The notes under the pieces are model-generated. The model was not told where the DNA came from. It was given only the letters and a program-made list of their open reading frames with translations, and searched no databases. Shown here in pieces: positions 19,420-29,646 of a stretch of DNA of 64,000 bases. The position numbers and the translations under genes are program-made. Each line of letters opens with the position of its first letter. Position 1 is the stretch's first letter. This stretch comes from an uncultured Trueperaceae bacterium. GTDB taxonomy: Bacteria; Deinococcota; Deinococci; Deinococcales; Trueperaceae. The stretch lies in NCBI GenBank assembly GCA_963815215.1, contig CAWFFU010000004.1, forward strand, positions 64,001 through 128,000, read 5' to 3'.

Positions 19420-20955
19420 ATGCGGAAGCGCTCGTCAATTGCCTTCGTGGCCATCGTGTTCGCCCTGCTCGCCGGGGCGGCGTTGGCTCAATCGACGTTC
19501 CGGATCGCCATCGGGGTCGACCCCGATTCCCTCGACCCGGCGCAGGGCACGACCACCACCGTGGACAACGTGCTCGACTACATGGTGCAGCCCCTCGTCA
19601 CCATCGACTCTACGGGCAAGCTCGTGCCCGACCTGGCCACGAGCTGGAGCACCTCGGCCGACGGCAAGACGTTGACGTTCGTGCTGCGACAGGGCGTGAC
19701 CTTCCAGGACGGAACGCCGTTCGACGCGAGCGCCGTGAAGTGGAACCTGGAGCGCCTGCTCGATCCCAAGGTGCGGGTCCCGCGTCGCGGCCAGCTCACG
19801 GTGATCGACTCGGTCGACGTGGTGGACGCCCACACCGTTCGCCTCAACCTCAAGGAGCCGTCGCCCGCGCTGGTGGGCGCACTGTCACAGACCACGGTGG
19901 GCATGCTGTCACCTGCTTCGGTCGACAAGGACGGCAATAGCTACCAGAACATCGTGCATCCGGTGGGCACCGGCGCCTACACCTACACCTCGCGGCAGAA
20001 GGGCAGCAACGTCGTCGTCACGCGCTATGCCGGCTACTGGGGTGAGAAGCCCTACTACGACAAGGTGGTGTTCCAGGTGGTGCCCGAGGCCACCACCCGC
20101 GAGAGCCTGTTGCTCGCCGGCCAGGTGGACCTGATCATCCTGCCGCCCACTTCGGATCTCCCCGCGCTCCAGCACAACTCCCGCGTGAAGGTGCTGTTCG
20201 GGCCCAGCGACCGCACCGTCTTCATCGCCATCAACACCAGCAAGAAGGTGTTGGACAACAAGCTGGTGCGCGAGGCGCTCAACTACGCGGTCGACAAGCA
20301 GGCCATCATCAAGGGCGTGCTGTTCGGCGCCGCCGAGCCGATGGACGCCCCCATGGCGCCCAGCCTCTTCGGCTACAAGAAGATCGGCGCCTACCCCTAC
20401 GACCCTGAGAAGGCCAAGCAACTGCTCAAGCAGGCGGGCGTCGATCCCTCGCAGATCACGCTCCACATGATCTCGCCCACGGGCCGCTACGTTCAGGACT
20501 TCCCTGCCGCCCAGGCCATCGCCAACTACATCCGCGACATCGGCTTCAAGGTCGACGTGCGCACCATGGACTGGCCCACCTACGTCGGCACCATCACCAA
20601 GCCCAAGGCCGAGAACACCACCGAGCTCCACCTGCTGGGCTGGGCGCCCTCCTTCATGGACGCCTCGCAGCAGATGCAGCAGTTCGACTGCACCCAGAGC
20701 CCGCCCAACGGCCTGGCGACCTCGTTCTACTGCAACCAGGACGTCCAGAAGCTGCTGAACCAGGCGAGTAGCGAGATCGACGTGCAGAAGCGGGACCAGC
20801 TCTACCAGCAGGCCTCCCAGATCATCTGGGACGACGCGCCCTGGATCTTCCTGTGGGTGCAGAGCTTCCCGATGGCCTACCAGGCCAACCTGACCGGCAT
20901 CGCGGGCCTGCCCAACGAGAAGTTCTACGCGCTCTACGCGCACCCTGCGAACTAG
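19420..20955 (+). CDS. peptide/nickel ABC substrate-binding protein (SBP family 5, GsiB/DppA-like)
   Basis: signal peptide ALA-Q, LATSW, LRQGVTFQDGTPFDA, PVGTG, VREALNYAVD, YDPEKAKQLL; SD GGAGG at 19406. Confidence 0.9.
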   Translation: MRKRSSIAFVAIVFALLAGAALAQSTFRIAIGVDPDSLDPAQGTTTTVDNVLDYMVQPLVTIDSTGKLVPDLATSWSTSADGKTLTFVLRQGVTFQDGTPFDASAVKWNLERLLDPKVRVPRRGQLTVIDSVDVVDAHTVRLNLKEPSPALVGALSQTTVGMLSPASVDKDGNSYQNIVHPVGTGAYTYTSRQKGSNVVVTRYAGYWGEKPYYDKVVFQVVPEATTRESLLLAGQVDLIILPPTSDLPALQHNSRVKVLFGPSDRTVFIAINTSKKVLDNKLVREALNYAVDKQAIIKGVLFGAAEPMDAPMAPSLFGYKKIGAYPYDPEKAKQLLKQAGVDPSQITLHMISPTGRYVQDFPAAQAIANYIRDIGFKVDVRTMDWPTYVGTITKPKAENTTELHLLGWAPSFMDASQQMQQFDCTQSPPNGLATSFYCNQDVQKLLNQASSEIDVQKRDQLYQQASQIIWDDAPWIFLWVQSFPMAYQANLTGIAGLPNEKFYALYAHPAN

Positions 20956-20991
20956 GGGAGGAGCCTTGGGCATAGCGGTCCTGCGGCCTTC

Positions 20992-21921
20992 ATGAGCGGT
21001 TCTCTCGGCTACTTGCTGCAGCGTCTCATCGGAGTGATGGTCACGATCCTGTTCGTGGCCATCACCATCTTCCTGATGGTGCGCATCCTCCCGGGTGACC
21101 CGGCCCGTGTCATCGCGGGGGTGCTGGCGAGCGACCAGGACGTCGCGCGTATCCGCACCCAGCTCGGTCTCGACCAGCCTCTGTGGACGCAGGCCGGCAT
21201 CTTCCTGAACGATCTCGCCCACGGCAACCTCGGCGTCAGCGCCCGCACCTCGGACCCCGTCACCCAGGAGATCCTGGCGCGCCTTCCCTACACGGCCTTG
21301 CTGGCGGTGGTGAGCCTGGCGGTCGCGGTGGCGGTGGGTCTGCCGCTCGGAGCCCTGGCCGCGGCCCGCGCCGGCAGCCTCGCCGACCTGGCGGTGTCGG
21401 CGCTGGTGCTGTTCGGCATCAGCATGCCGGTGTACTGGCTGGGCCTGATGCTCATCATCCTGTTCTCGATCCAACTCCGGTGGCTGCCGGCCGCTGGTGC
21501 TTCGGGCCCTCTCTCGATCATCCTGCCGGCGTTCACCCTGGCCGCCTTCTCGGTGGCGTTCATCGCGCGCATCACGCGCTCGAGCATGCTCGAGGTACTC
21601 CGTCAGGACTACATTCGCACCGCGCATGCCAAGGGGACGCACGCGCGCAGCGTGCTGTGGCGCCACGCCCTGCGCAACGCCCTGCCGCCGATCGTGACCA
21701 TCATCGGGCTGCAGTTCGGGGAGCTGCTCGGGGGCGCCATCCTCACCGAGACCGTGTTCGGGTGGCCGGGGATGGGACGGCTGCTGGTCGACTCCATCTT
21801 CGCCCGCGACTACCCCATGGTGCAGGGGCTCGTCATCGTCTTCGCTCTGATGTTCGCGCTGGTCAACCTGGCGGTCGACCTGCTATACGAGCGCATCGAC
21901 CCGCGGGTGCGCTATGGCTAG
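20992..21921 (+). CDS. peptide ABC permease (DppB/GsiC-like)
   Basis: LPGDPA, LGLDQP, DYIRTAHAKG, RDYPMVQG, DPRVRY. Confidence 0.92.
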   Translation: MSGSLGYLLQRLIGVMVTILFVAITIFLMVRILPGDPARVIAGVLASDQDVARIRTQLGLDQPLWTQAGIFLNDLAHGNLGVSARTSDPVTQEILARLPYTALLAVVSLAVAVAVGLPLGALAAARAGSLADLAVSALVLFGISMPVYWLGLMLIILFSIQLRWLPAAGASGPLSIILPAFTLAAFSVAFIARITRSSMLEVLRQDYIRTAHAKGTHARSVLWRHALRNALPPIVTIIGLQFGELLGGAILTETVFGWPGMGRLLVDSIFARDYPMVQGLVIVFALMFALVNLAVDLLYERIDPRVRYG

Positions 21922-22804
21922 CCCGGTTCAGGCCTCGCGCTCCGACGACCTGCTGCGACGCGTCTTCGGCGGGGAGACGCTCAAGCGCTTGCGCAGGAAC
22001 CCGTCGGCCGTCGCCGGCTTCGTCATCCTGCTGGTGCTCGTGCTGGCGGCGATCTTCGCGCCGTTGCTGACGCCCTACGATCCCGCCCGGCAGTCCCTCG
22101 CGGACGTGCTGCAGCACCCGTCCCGAACGCACCTGCTGGGCACCGACCAACTCGGCCGCGACCTGCTGGCGCGCATCCTCTACGGCGGCCGGTTGACGCT
22201 CTTCATCGGCGCCTTCGCTGTGGCGGTGGGCATCGTGGTGGGGGTGCCGCTCGGCGTCGTCTCCGGCTTCTACCGGGGCGCCACCGACATGATCATCCAG
22301 CGCGTGATGGACTTGATGCTGGCGTTCACCAGCTTCTTGCTCGCGCTCACGCTGGTGTCGCTGCTCGGGGTGGGCCTCACCAACGTCATCGTGGCGGTCG
22401 GCATCAGCACCATCCCGCGCTTCGCGAGACTGGTGAGGAGCTCGGTGCTGACCATCCGCGAGATCAGCTACGTCGAGGCCAGCCGCGCCCTGGGCGCGGC
22501 CGACCAGCGGGTGTTGTGGCGGCACGTGCTCCCCAACGCCGTGGCGCCCGTCATCGTGCAGGCCACGCTGTCGATGGGGGGGACCATCCTGACGGCCGCC
22601 GGCCTGGGCTTCCTGGGTCTGGGCGTGCAGCCTCCCACCCCGGAGTGGGGCGCCATGCTCGGGCAGGGACGCAACTACATCTTCTCCAATCCCTCGGTGA
22701 GCACCTTCCCGGGGATCGCCATCTTCCTGGCCGTGATGGGCTTCAACCTGCTCGGCGACGGTTTGCGCGACGCGCTCGACCCCCAGCTCCGCGGCTCCCG
22801 CTGA
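21914..22804 (+). CDS. peptide ABC permease (DppC/GsiD-like)
   Basis: HLLGTDQLGRD, FLGLGVQPPTPEWGAM, GDGLRDALDP. Confidence 0.92.
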   Translation: MASPVQASRSDDLLRRVFGGETLKRLRRNPSAVAGFVILLVLVLAAIFAPLLTPYDPARQSLADVLQHPSRTHLLGTDQLGRDLLARILYGGRLTLFIGAFAVAVGIVVGVPLGVVSGFYRGATDMIIQRVMDLMLAFTSFLLALTLVSLLGVGLTNVIVAVGISTIPRFARLVRSSVLTIREISYVEASRALGAADQRVLWRHVLPNAVAPVIVQATLSMGGTILTAAGLGFLGLGVQPPTPEWGAMLGQGRNYIFSNPSVSTFPGIAIFLAVMGFNLLGDGLRDALDPQLRGSR

Positions 22805-22829
22805 GCCCCCTGCCCCCGAAAGGATCCCC

Positions 22830-24020
22830 ATGCCCGACTCCCATGCCGTCGTCTTCCATGGCACGTTCATCGACCCGCTCGAGGCCGCCGCTCGCGAGGG
22901 CTGGTTGCACGTTACCGATGGCCGCATCGTCACCCTCGAGGACCGCGCGCCGGCCGCGGGCGCCGAGGTGGTGGAGCTCGACGGCTGGGTGGTTCCCGGC
23001 CTCGTCGACGCCCACATCCACCTGAGCCTCGACGGCGGAACGGACCCCAGCGCACGGCTCCAGGCCGAGCGCACGACGGATACCGTGGTCCGGGCGCTGG
23101 ATCACCTGCGGGCGCACCTCCGCGCCGGCATCACCACCGTGCGCGACCTCGGCGGCCCCGGCACGCTCGCCATCGACCTCGCGCGGGCCGTCGAGGACGG
23201 CCGTATCGAGGGGCCGACGGTGGTGGCGTGCGGACGCAACATCACCATGACGGGCGGCCACGCCCACGCCTTCGGCATCGAAGCCGACGGTCCCGACGCG
23301 GTCCGCCGGGCGGCGCGCGGTCAGCTCCAGGCCGGCGCCCGGGTGCTCAAGTTCATGGCCACCGGAGGCGTGCTCACGCCCGGCGTGACGGCGGGCGCCG
23401 AGGCGCTCACCGAGGCGGAGCTGCGCGCCGGGATCGAGGAGGCGCACAAGGCGGGCAAGCGCACCGCCACCCACGCGCAGGGGCTGGCGGGGATCAAGAA
23501 CGCGCTGCGCGCCGGCATCGACACCCTCGAGCACGGCGCCTTCGACGCCTGGGACGAGGAGGCGCTCGGCATCATGACGTCGGGACCGCGCCCGGTGTGG
23601 CTGGTGCCGACGCTGGCCGCGCCCGACGGCATCCTGGCGGGAGAGGGCAGGGTACCGGCCTGGGCCGTCGCCAAGACCCGGCCCATCGCCGAGCGTCACC
23701 GTGCCAACGCGCTCGAGGCCTACCGCGCCGGCGTTCGCATCGCCGCGGGCACCGACGCAGGCACCCCCCTCAACCCGCACGGCAACCTCCCGCGCGAGCT
23801 CGAGCTGCTCGCCGACATCGGTCTGCCGCCGGCCGCCGTGCTGCAGGCGGCGACCAGCCAGGCCGCCGCCGCGCTCGACCTGGCCGGCGAGGTCGGCACC
23901 CTGCAGGCGGGCGCGCGCGCCGACCTGGTGGTGCTGGGCGCCGATCCGTTGCGCGACCCGAAGGCCTACCGGGCGGTCCGTGATGTCTTCAAGGGAGGGC
24001 GGCGGCCGGCGTTCGGTTAG
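22830..24020 (+). CDS. metal-dependent amidohydrolase (prolidase-like subgroup)
   Basis: PGLVDAHIH, GITTVRDLG, KFMATGG, HAQG, EHG, GTDAG. Confidence 0.88.
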   Translation: MPDSHAVVFHGTFIDPLEAAAREGWLHVTDGRIVTLEDRAPAAGAEVVELDGWVVPGLVDAHIHLSLDGGTDPSARLQAERTTDTVVRALDHLRAHLRAGITTVRDLGGPGTLAIDLARAVEDGRIEGPTVVACGRNITMTGGHAHAFGIEADGPDAVRRAARGQLQAGARVLKFMATGGVLTPGVTAGAEALTEAELRAGIEEAHKAGKRTATHAQGLAGIKNALRAGIDTLEHGAFDAWDEEALGIMTSGPRPVWLVPTLAAPDGILAGEGRVPAWAVAKTRPIAERHRANALEAYRAGVRIAAGTDAGTPLNPHGNLPRELELLADIGLPPAAVLQAATSQAAAALDLAGEVGTLQAGARADLVVLGADPLRDPKAYRAVRDVFKGGRRPAFG

Positions 24021-24077
24021 CCTGGGCCCACGGATGCGCCGCTTCACGGAAGCCGGCGCGTTTCCCTGGAGGACGCC

Positions 24078-27000
24078 ATGCAGGACGCGCAGACGAACCC
24101 GTACTACCCCGTCGAGCCCTGGGCGGTTCGCGAGACCGCCTTCGACCCGGCCGGCTGCGCGCGCAGCGAGTCGATCTTCGCGCTGGGCAACGGCTACCTC
24201 GGGTTCCGCGGAGTCTTCGAGGAGGGGCTCGACCCCGCCGCGGGCAATTCGGTCCGCGGGACCTACCTCAACGGCTTCCACGAGTCGGGGCCGATCCACT
24301 ACCCCGAGGACGCCTACGGTCTGGCCCGCAAGCGCCAGACGTTGCTCAACGTCACGGACGCGCTCGGCATCGAGCTGCGCGTCGACGGCGAGCGCTTCTC
24401 CATGACCGACGGTCGGCTGGAAGGGTTCGAGCGCGTGCTGGACTTCCGGCGCGGCGTGCTGGAGCGTTCGCTCACCTGGGTCTCGCCCCGCGGGCAGCGC
24501 GTGTCGCTGCACATCGAGAGGCTGGTGTCGCTGACGCGCCGGCCCGTCGCCGCCGTGCGCTACCGGGTGGTGCCGCTCGACGGGGAGCTCGAGCTCGAGC
24601 TGCGCTCCGGCGTCGACGGCCGGGTCGAGAACGCCGTGGACGAGAGCGATCACCGCGTCGGTGGCGTCGCCGGCCGGGTCCTGGTCAGCGTCGGCTCCGA
24701 GCTCGAGGACGAGCTGCTCGCCCTGCGACAGCGCGCGCCGGGGAGCGGCATGGAGCTCGGCTGCGCGGCCGCCCACCGGGTGACCGGCGGACGCGCCCTG
24801 GAGCGCCGGGCGCTCCAGGAGGACCATCGCCTGGCGCTGACCTACCGCGTCCGAGCCGGCCGGGGCGAGGCCGTCACGCTGGAGAAGACCCTCGCCTACG
24901 TCGACAGCCGTGAGGTCGAGCCGGATGCGCTGCTCGAACGCTGCGCCGCCGCGGCCGAGCAGGGGCGAGAGGTCGGCTTCGAGGCGCTCGAAGCGGAGCA
25001 GCGCGCGGAGCTGGCCTCGTTCTGGACCGGCGCGGACGTCGAGGTGGAGGGGGACGATGCGCTCCAGCAGAGCCTGCGCTTCGGGGCGCTGCAGCTGCTG
25101 CAGGGCACCGGCCGGGACGGCCGCAGCTCGGTCGCGGCCAAGGGGCTGACGGGCCCCGGCTACGAGGGGCACCTCTTCTGGGACGCCGAGGTGTACGTCC
25201 TGCCCTTCTTCCTCCACACCCGGCCCGCGGTGGCGCGCTCCATGCTGGAGCACCGCATCCGCGGCCTGGACGCCGCCCGCGCCCGTGCCCGCGAGCTCTC
25301 GCACGCCGGCGCCCTCTACCCCTGGCGCACCATCGACGGCGACGAGGCCTCGGCCTACTTCCCGGCCGGCACCGCCCAGATCCACATCGACGCGGACATC
25401 GCCTACGCGCTGGAGCGCTACCTCGAGGCCACCGACGACGTCGACCTGCTGTGGCAGGGGGGCGCGGCGATGCTGTTCGAGACCGCCCGCTTCTGGTTGT
25501 CGCGGGGGACCTTCGTGGCGCGCCGCGGCGGGCGCTTCTGCCTCCACACGGTGACGGGCCCCGACGAGTACACCGCGCTGGTGGACAACAACCTCTACAC
25601 CAACGTGATGGCGCAGGGGCACCTGCGCTTCGCGGTGCGGGTCGCCGAGCGGCTCGAGCGCGAGGCGCCGTCGCGCTTCGCCGAGCTCGCCCGCGGCCTC
25701 GCGCTGGACGCGGCCGAGATCGAGCGCTGGGGCCGGGCCGCGGAGCGCATGGAGCTTCCCTATGACCGCGACCTCGGGGTGCACCCTCAGGACGACGGCT
25801 TCCTCGAGCGCGAGCCGTGGGACCCGGCGACCATCCCCGCGCAGAAGCGGCCGCTGTTGCTGCACTACCACCCGCTCGACATCTACCGGCGCCAGGTGCT
25901 GAAGCAGGCCGACGTGGTGCTGGCCCTCTTCCTGCACGAGGAGCGCTTCGACCGGGCCGCGGCGCGCCGCGACTTCGCGTACTACGAGCCGCTCACCACC
26001 CACGACTCGTCGCTGTCGCCGTGCGTGCACGGCATCATGGCGGCCCGGCTGGGCCAGGTCGACAAGGCCTACGCCTACTTCGGGCGGACCGCCCGCATGG
26101 ACCTCGACGACCTCAACGGCAACGTCAAGGACGGCGTGCACACCGCAGCCATGGGCGGGACCTGGCTGGCGGTGGTGGCGGGCTTCGCGGGGATGCGGGT
26201 GCGCGAGGGGGGGCTCGTCTTCGAGCCGCGGCTCCCCGACGCCTGGCAGGGGCTGCGCTTCCGTGTGAGCTTCCGCGGCGCGACGCTCGAGGTCACGGTG
26301 CGCCGCGAGCGCACGCACTATCACCTCGTCGAGGGCGGACCGCTGCGCGTGACGCACAGGTCCGACGTGCTGGAGCTCGGCCCGGGGGGGCAGGCGGCGC
26401 GCTCCAACGCCGCCCAGCTCAGGGCGGTGCTGTTGGATCTGGACGGCGTCATCACCGACACCGCCGAGTACCACTACCGCGCCTGGCAGAAGCTGGCCGA
26501 CGGACTCGGCATCCCCTTCGACCGCGAGGCCAACGAGGCGCTCCGAGGCGTGGGGCGCATGGAATCGCTGGAGCGGATCCTCGAGCGCGGTGATCGGCCC
26601 GTCGACGATGACGAGAAGGCGCGGCTGGCCGACGACAAGAACCGCCACTATCGGGAGCTCATCGCAGGGATCTCACCGTACGACCTGCTTCCCGGCATCG
26701 CCTCCCTGCTGCGCGAGTTGCGGGGCGCCGGGCTCAAGCTGGCGGTGGCGTCGGCCAGCCGCAACGCGCCGGCGGTGATCGCCGGCCTCGGCATCGAGGA
26801 CCTCTTCGACGTGGTGGTCGACGCGGGCCTGGTGGTGCGCGGCAAGCCCGATCCGGAGGTGTTCCAGCGGGCGGCCGAAGCGCTCGGCGTGGCGGACGAG
26901 GACTGCCTGGGCATCGAGGACGCCGAGGCGGGCGTGGCCGCGCTCCGTGCCGCCGGCATGGCGACGGTGGGCGTGGGCGACGCCGCTCGGCTGTCCGCGG

Positions 27001-27095
27001 CGCACCGGGTGGTGCCCGCCACCGCCGCGCTCGACCTGGCGCTGCTGCGCGAGGCGTTCGCGGACGCGCAGGGCCATGGCGGCGAGCCCGGCTAG
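24078..27095 (+). CDS. GH65 glycoside phosphorylase fused to C-terminal beta-phosphoglucomutase
   Basis: ESIFALGNG, GHLFWDAE, catalytic GPDEY, KQADV, HDSSLS; C-terminal DLDGVITDTAEYHYRAW, GKPDPE, GIEDAEAG. Confidence 0.9.
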   Translation: MQDAQTNPYYPVEPWAVRETAFDPAGCARSESIFALGNGYLGFRGVFEEGLDPAAGNSVRGTYLNGFHESGPIHYPEDAYGLARKRQTLLNVTDALGIELRVDGERFSMTDGRLEGFERVLDFRRGVLERSLTWVSPRGQRVSLHIERLVSLTRRPVAAVRYRVVPLDGELELELRSGVDGRVENAVDESDHRVGGVAGRVLVSVGSELEDELLALRQRAPGSGMELGCAAAHRVTGGRALERRALQEDHRLALTYRVRAGRGEAVTLEKTLAYVDSREVEPDALLERCAAAAEQGREVGFEALEAEQRAELASFWTGADVEVEGDDALQQSLRFGALQLLQGTGRDGRSSVAAKGLTGPGYEGHLFWDAEVYVLPFFLHTRPAVARSMLEHRIRGLDAARARARELSHAGALYPWRTIDGDEASAYFPAGTAQIHIDADIAYALERYLEATDDVDLLWQGGAAMLFETARFWLSRGTFVARRGGRFCLHTVTGPDEYTALVDNNLYTNVMAQGHLRFAVRVAERLEREAPSRFAELARGLALDAAEIERWGRAAERMELPYDRDLGVHPQDDGFLEREPWDPATIPAQKRPLLLHYHPLDIYRRQVLKQADVVLALFLHEERFDRAAARRDFAYYEPLTTHDSSLSPCVHGIMAARLGQVDKAYAYFGRTARMDLDDLNGNVKDGVHTAAMGGTWLAVVAGFAGMRVREGGLVFEPRLPDAWQGLRFRVSFRGATLEVTVRRERTHYHLVEGGPLRVTHRSDVLELGPGGQAARSNAAQLRAVLLDLDGVITDTAEYHYRAWQKLADGLGIPFDREANEALRGVGRMESLERILERGDRPVDDDEKARLADDKNRHYRELIAGISPYDLLPGIASLLRELRGAGLKLAVASASRNAPAVIAGLGIEDLFDVVVDAGLVVRGKPDPEVFQRAAEALGVADEDCLGIEDAEAGVAALRAAGMATVGVGDAARLSAAHRVVPATAALDLALLREAFADAQGHGGEPG

Positions 27096-27141
27096 CGCGG
27101 CCCGGGCACGTGGACGGGACGCCCGGAGCTAGCATGGTGGG

Positions 27142-28359
27142 GTGAGCGCCGACGCCGACCTCCCCGTGGATGCCTTCCTGGTGTCGCAGCAGGCGGGAGC
27201 CACCACCCTCAGCCGGAACCGGCGGGAGGTCGTGACCTTCGACCTGGAGGGACGGCCGCAGAGTTGGATGAGCGAGGGCCGCACCTACAAGCGTTCGCTG
27301 GCGTCGGAGGTGTTCGGCCGCCGCACCGTCGACGGCGTTCGGCGACGCTGGCGCGTCGATACCGCCTCGGCCGCCGACCACTTCAGGCTCGCCGCCGAGG
27401 TCGCGGCGGCGGCGAGCGCGGGCCTGGCCGCGGGTACGTTGCGACGTGCGGACCGGGGGCGGCTCCGCCCCCTCGAGGAGGACGCGGCGCGCACGCTCTC
27501 CACACGGCTGGAACGGATCCTCGACTGGACACCCGAGCGCCTTCAGGACGAGCGTTCGCGCTTCCTGGCCGCCTACCGGCCCGTCAGCATCTTGCCGCCC
27601 GACCAGTACGGCTCGGTGGTGGTGCAGGCGACCTACGGTTGCTCGTGGAACCGCTGCACCTTCTGCACCTTCTACCAGGACCGCCCCTTCGAGGTCCGCG
27701 AGCCGGACGCCTTCGCCGAGCACGTCGAGTTGGTGCGCGGCCTGCTCGGCCGCGCGGTCGATGCCCGGCACGGCGTCTTCTTCGGTGACGGCAACGCCCT
27801 GGTGCTGGCCAACCGGCGCCTGGAGCCACTGCTGCGGATCGTGCGGTCCGTCTTCCCCGGCCGGCCGGTGAGCAGCTTCGTCGACGTCTTCGGCGGCGAG
27901 CGCAAGCCCGCCGGCGCCTGGCGGGAGCTCGCCGCGCAGGGCCTGTCCCGCGTGGCGGTCGGCCTGGAGACCGGCTCCGACGCGCTGCTGCGCTACCTCA
28001 ACAAGCCGGGTGGCGCCGACGAGGCGGCCGCCTTCATCGCCACCCTCAAGCAGGCGGGACTGGCGGTCTCGGTCATCGTCATGGTCGGCGCCGGCGGGGC
28101 GCGTTTCGCCGAGGCGCACGAACGCGACACCGAGGCGCTGCTCGCGCGTCTGCCGCTCGGCGCCGGCGATCACGTCTACCTGTCGCCGTTCGTGGTGCAA
28201 CCGGGGTCGGCGTACGCGATGCGTTCCGAGGCGGACGGGCTGCGGCCGCTGTCGGCCGGCGAGCGCTCGGGGCAGTACGGGCGCCTGCGCGCCGCGGCGC
28301 GCCGCTCCCTGCCGGAGGCCCGCGTGGCGCTGTACTCCATCGACGAGTTCGTGTACTGA
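27142..28359 (+). CDS. radical SAM protein with uncharacterised N-terminal domain
   Basis: QATYGCSWNRCTFCTFY (CX4CX2C), FFGDGNAL, GLETG; TAGCAT -10 box 6 nt upstream of GTG. Confidence 0.85.
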   Translation: MSADADLPVDAFLVSQQAGATTLSRNRREVVTFDLEGRPQSWMSEGRTYKRSLASEVFGRRTVDGVRRRWRVDTASAADHFRLAAEVAAAASAGLAAGTLRRADRGRLRPLEEDAARTLSTRLERILDWTPERLQDERSRFLAAYRPVSILPPDQYGSVVVQATYGCSWNRCTFCTFYQDRPFEVREPDAFAEHVELVRGLLGRAVDARHGVFFGDGNALVLANRRLEPLLRIVRSVFPGRPVSSFVDVFGGERKPAGAWRELAAQGLSRVAVGLETGSDALLRYLNKPGGADEAAAFIATLKQAGLAVSVIVMVGAGGARFAEAHERDTEALLARLPLGAGDHVYLSPFVVQPGSAYAMRSEADGLRPLSAGERSGQYGRLRAAARRSLPEARVALYSIDEFVY

Positions 28360-28433
28360 CCGGCGCCCGGGGTAGGGTCCCCGGCGCCGGGCGCGGGCAT
28401 CGCAGGGCCGGGGCTCCTCGCGTACACTGGCGC

Positions 28434-29624
28434 ATGGACTGGATCGACACCGCGCGGGCAGCGCTCGCCGAGGCGCAGCTCGACGCCTGGCTGCTCTACG
28501 ACTTCCGAGGTATCAACCCCATCGCCCACGCGCGCATCGCGCCGCTGCTGGACGGCGGCGTCGGCTCGAGGCGGGTGTTCCTGCTGGTGCCGGTCGAGGG
28601 CGAGCCGGTGCTGCTGGTGCACGCTATCGAGCGCGGCTCGATCCCGCCGCTGCCGTTCGAGGTGCGCGCCTACTCCAGCCGCGACAGCCTGGAGCGCTCG
28701 CTGCGCGAGCTGCTGGCGGGCCGGCCGCGGGTGGCGATGGAGTACTCCCCCCACGGCGACAACCCGTACGTCGGGACGGTCGACGCTGGCACGGTGGAGA
28801 TGGTGCGCGCGCTGGGCGTGGAGGTGCGCTCCTCGGGCGAGGTGGCGCAGGCGCTGGAGGTGTGGACGCCCCGCCAGGTCGATGCTCATCTGGAGGCGGC
28901 CGAGGTGGTCCTGGAGGCCAAGGATCGCGCCTTCGGGTTCCTGGGCGAGCGCCTGGCGCTCGGCGCCGAGGTGCACGAGACGGAGGTGCAACGGGTCATC
29001 GTCGATTTCTTCGGCGCGCACGGCCTGGTGTTCGATCATCCCCCCAACGTGAGCTTCGGAGCGCACGCCGGCGACCCGCACTACGTGCCGCGGGCCGGCC
29101 AGGACGCGGTGGTGCGCCCCGGCGACGTGGTGCTGATCGACCTGTGGGGCAAGCTCGACCGGGACGACGCACCCTACGCCGACGTCACCTGGATGGGCGT
29201 GTGCGGCGAGCCGAGCGCGGAGCTCAGTGAGGCGTTCGCCGCCGTGATCGAGGCCCGCGACGCCGCCGTCCGCGCCATCGCCGAGGCCTACGCCGCCGGG
29301 CGCCCGCCCGAGGGACGCGCCATCGATCGGGTGGTGCGCGACCTGCTGGCGGCGCGCGGCTACGGCGACGACGTCTTCATGCACCGCACCGGGCACAGCC
29401 TGGGCACGCGGCACACCCACGGCGATGCGGCGCACCTCGACGACTTCGAGACGCGTGAGCGCCGGCGCCTCATCCCCGGGCTGGGCATCACCATCGAGCC
29501 GGGCGTGTACTTCCCGCACTTCGGCGTGCGCAGCGAGATCGACGTGCTGCTCGAGAGCGACGGTCCGCGGGCCACCACCGACCTGCAGGGCGAGTTGGAG
29601 CGGTTGCCGGCGCCGCCGAGCTGA
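28434..29624 (+). CDS. M24 family metallopeptidase (Xaa-Pro peptidase-like)
   Basis: PHY, LIDLW, ADVTW, HRTGHS, TIEPGVY, GVRSE. Confidence 0.9.
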   Translation: MDWIDTARAALAEAQLDAWLLYDFRGINPIAHARIAPLLDGGVGSRRVFLLVPVEGEPVLLVHAIERGSIPPLPFEVRAYSSRDSLERSLRELLAGRPRVAMEYSPHGDNPYVGTVDAGTVEMVRALGVEVRSSGEVAQALEVWTPRQVDAHLEAAEVVLEAKDRAFGFLGERLALGAEVHETEVQRVIVDFFGAHGLVFDHPPNVSFGAHAGDPHYVPRAGQDAVVRPGDVVLIDLWGKLDRDDAPYADVTWMGVCGEPSAELSEAFAAVIEARDAAVRAIAEAYAAGRPPEGRAIDRVVRDLLAARGYGDDVFMHRTGHSLGTRHTHGDAAHLDDFETRERRRLIPGLGITIEPGVYFPHFGVRSEIDVLLESDGPRATTDLQGELERLPAPPS

Positions 29625-29646
29625 AGACCGGCCGAAGGGAGCCAGC

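Noticed and set aside
22743..26648. 1301-aa minus-strand ORF
   Set aside because: Antisense shadow of the amidohydrolase and GH65 genes; high-GC codon bias suppresses stops and it has no motifs
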